Assembly: GCA_016839815.1 (NCBI GenBank)
Contig: JAEOTM010000051.1
Span: 1-28,490 of the forward strand
Direction: 5' to 3'
Length of the DNA: 28,490 nt
Origin: Candidatus Hodarchaeota archaeon
Lineage (GTDB): Archaea; Asgardarchaeota; Heimdallarchaeia; Hodarchaeales; Hodarchaeaceae
In this document: positions 27,326-28,490 of the stretch, piece by piece
How positions within the stretch are numbered: the stretch's first letter is position 1
Layout of the letters: each line of letters begins with the position of its first letter
Translations under genes and position numbers: made by a program
Notes under the pieces: generated by a model
Databases searched by the model: none
What the model was told of the DNA's origin: nothing
Seen by the model: the letters and a program-made list of their open reading frames with translations, nothing else

Positions 27326-27363
27326 TTAAAAAAAGAAAAAAGGGGAGAAGACTTAGCGTCTTC
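27326..27363 (-). terminator. Putative terminator: hairpin over stop codon plus long pyrimidine/U tract
   Basis: Minus strand GAAGAC-GCTAA-GTCTTC, then TCCCC followed by a T6 and a T7 run. Confidence 0.55.
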
Positions 27364-28490
27364 GTTTGCGGTAGTAGATACCAAGAGCAGCAGCAATAAA
27401 GAAGACTGCAAATTCGAAACCAGGTCCACCATCATCAGTGGGTTCATCAGTTGTGGTGGGTTCATCAGTTGTGGTTGGTTCTACATCTGTTGTGGTTGTT
27501 GTGGTTGGTTCTGCTTCAACGGTATAGCTGACTTCTGTGGAAGTAACCTCATTACCAGCTACATCAGTAGCAACAAAGCGAACATCAACAGTCGTACCAG
27601 CGGTCATTGCTGGAATAATTGCCTCATAAGCTCCAGTTGTAGCAACATCAGTCCAAGTTGCACCAGCATCAGTCGAATATTGACATACAACAGTAGCAAT
27701 ACCGGAGACGATTTCATCTACACCAGCAACATCAGTTACGGTGGCAGAAGCGGTGACTGTATCAGTTGGATAGACAGTGGTCAGATCAACAGCAACATCA
27801 GTAATTTCAGGACCTACAGAGTCAGAATAAGTAACGCTGAAGCTCATAGTAGTACTCATGTAAGTATACCCAGCAGCATCAGTGGCAACTAGATAATAGT
27901 CAACACTAGAACCTGCGGTAAATGGACCAATTTCAACTTCAAACGAGGCAAAATCGAGTTGAGTTGCAGAAGCACTCATTTCGGTACCACTATCAACTTC
28001 GTAGAATGCAACAAGAGAAGCAATTCCATTCAAAGAGTGGCCATAGTCGAAAACACTGGCAGAAATGGTCACAACTTCATTGTCTAAAGCAGTAGTTGTA
28101 GCTGATGCTTCAACATCCACAATCATTGGTGGAGTCAAATCAGTATCCGTGATGTAATCATGGTAGACAGTTGCGCTTGGTTCAGCCCATTCAAAGAGAT
28201 TTTGGGTAACCACTATGTTTTGAAGACCTGTATCATTGGTATAACGGGCTGCATCACTGAACATGTTCTTGTATTCAGAGAAGATGCTTTCACCAGTCCA
28301 GATAGCCTGGGAGTTTCCAGTTGGACCAGCACTCCATTCAACGGCACCCATAGTCCAGCTACCATTAGTTAATAATGGATAACCTTCCCAGATATTGTCG
28401 TCATCGAAGTCTTGGTCTTGGATATTTCCAGTATCAGAGCTGTTAATGAACCAGGTAGCAGTAGCTAAGCTATCCCATGTAGGCATGGTA
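27353..28490 (-). CDS. Cell-surface protein (5'-truncated) with two Ig-like repeats, Thr-rich linker and PGF-CTERM-like sorting signal
   Basis: Frame open to the window end. Repeats D..PP/GP.I.DV...VT.SA.V.D...GIA.....Y..D.G...AG..VD...VATD.AG; PTTTDE repeats; GGPGFEFAVFFIAAALGIYYRKRRR. Confidence 0.85.
   Translation of the reverse strand, partial: TMPTWDSLATATWFINSSDTGNIQDQDFDDDNIWEGYPLLTNGSWTMGAVEWSAGPTGNSQAIWTGESIFSEYKNMFSDAARYTNDTGLQNIVVTQNLFEWAEPSATVYHDYITDTDLTPPMIVDVEASATTTALDNEVVTISASVFDYGHSLNGIASLVAFYEVDSGTEMSASATQLDFASFEVEIGPFTAGSSVDYYLVATDAAGYTYMSTTMSFSVTYSDSVGPEITDVAVDLTTVYPTDTVTASATVTDVAGVDEIVSGIATVVCQYSTDAGATWTDVATTGAYEAIIPAMTAGTTVDVRFVATDVAGNEVTSTEVSYTVEAEPTTTTTTDVEPTTTDEPTTTDEPTDDGGPGFEFAVFFIAAALGIYYRKRRR
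27441..27481 (-). repeat. 18-bp coding tandem repeat (PTTTDE units)
   Basis: GGTTCATCAGTTGTGGTG / GGTTCATCAGTTGTGGTT / GGTTC, in frame within the Thr-rich linker. Confidence 0.7.

Noticed and set aside
27323-27892. Cys/Gly-rich 189-aa plus-strand ORF
   Set aside because: Antisense shadow of the Thr-rich (ACA/ACC) linker of the minus-strand surface protein.
479-28372. Numerous 60-124 aa alternative-frame and antisense ORFs
   Set aside because: All lie within or largely overlap well-supported longer genes and show no recognisable motifs.

Overview
An AT-rich, gene-dense archaeal chromosomal segment, most likely from an Asgard archaeon (Heimdallarchaeia/Hodarchaeales-like). This assignment is an inference from the Rad51-type GEFRTGKT Walker A in RadA, the NEMF/Rqc2 homolog and several Thr-rich PGF-CTERM-like surface proteins. 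The left half holds a 5'-truncated Rqc2/NEMF gene, a CBS+zinc-ribbon gene, and a tightly packed minus-strand operon (13711->2490). That operon encodes an archaeal type IV pilus (5 pilin-like proteins, a PilB/VirB11 ATPase, two PilC/TadC membrane proteins, a coiled-coil protein) and ends, 7 nt after the last pilin, in a full-length PolD large subunit (DP2) homolog. The DP2 catalytic motif NCDGDED is replaced by SCNGAND while its zinc fingers are kept, so it appears to be a dead polymerase. radA is transcribed divergently from this operon. This pilus + pseudo-PolD + RadA arrangement is the main candidate for an undescribed system, possibly DNA uptake/recombination. The right half holds a tRNA-binding OB protein, a HAD phosphatase, a kinase-like/nucleoside-deoxyribosyltransferase fusion, a surface metallophosphoesterase with a CBM-like domain, an operon of a surface S1/P1-nuclease/PLC-like enzyme plus an ABC importer with a C-terminally anchored binding protein, and a truncated surface protein. 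Several genes end in stop-codon-overlapping hairpins followed by pyrimidine/U tracts. No rRNA, tRNA, CRISPR array or mobile element was recognised. All family assignments come from motif recognition, not database searches.
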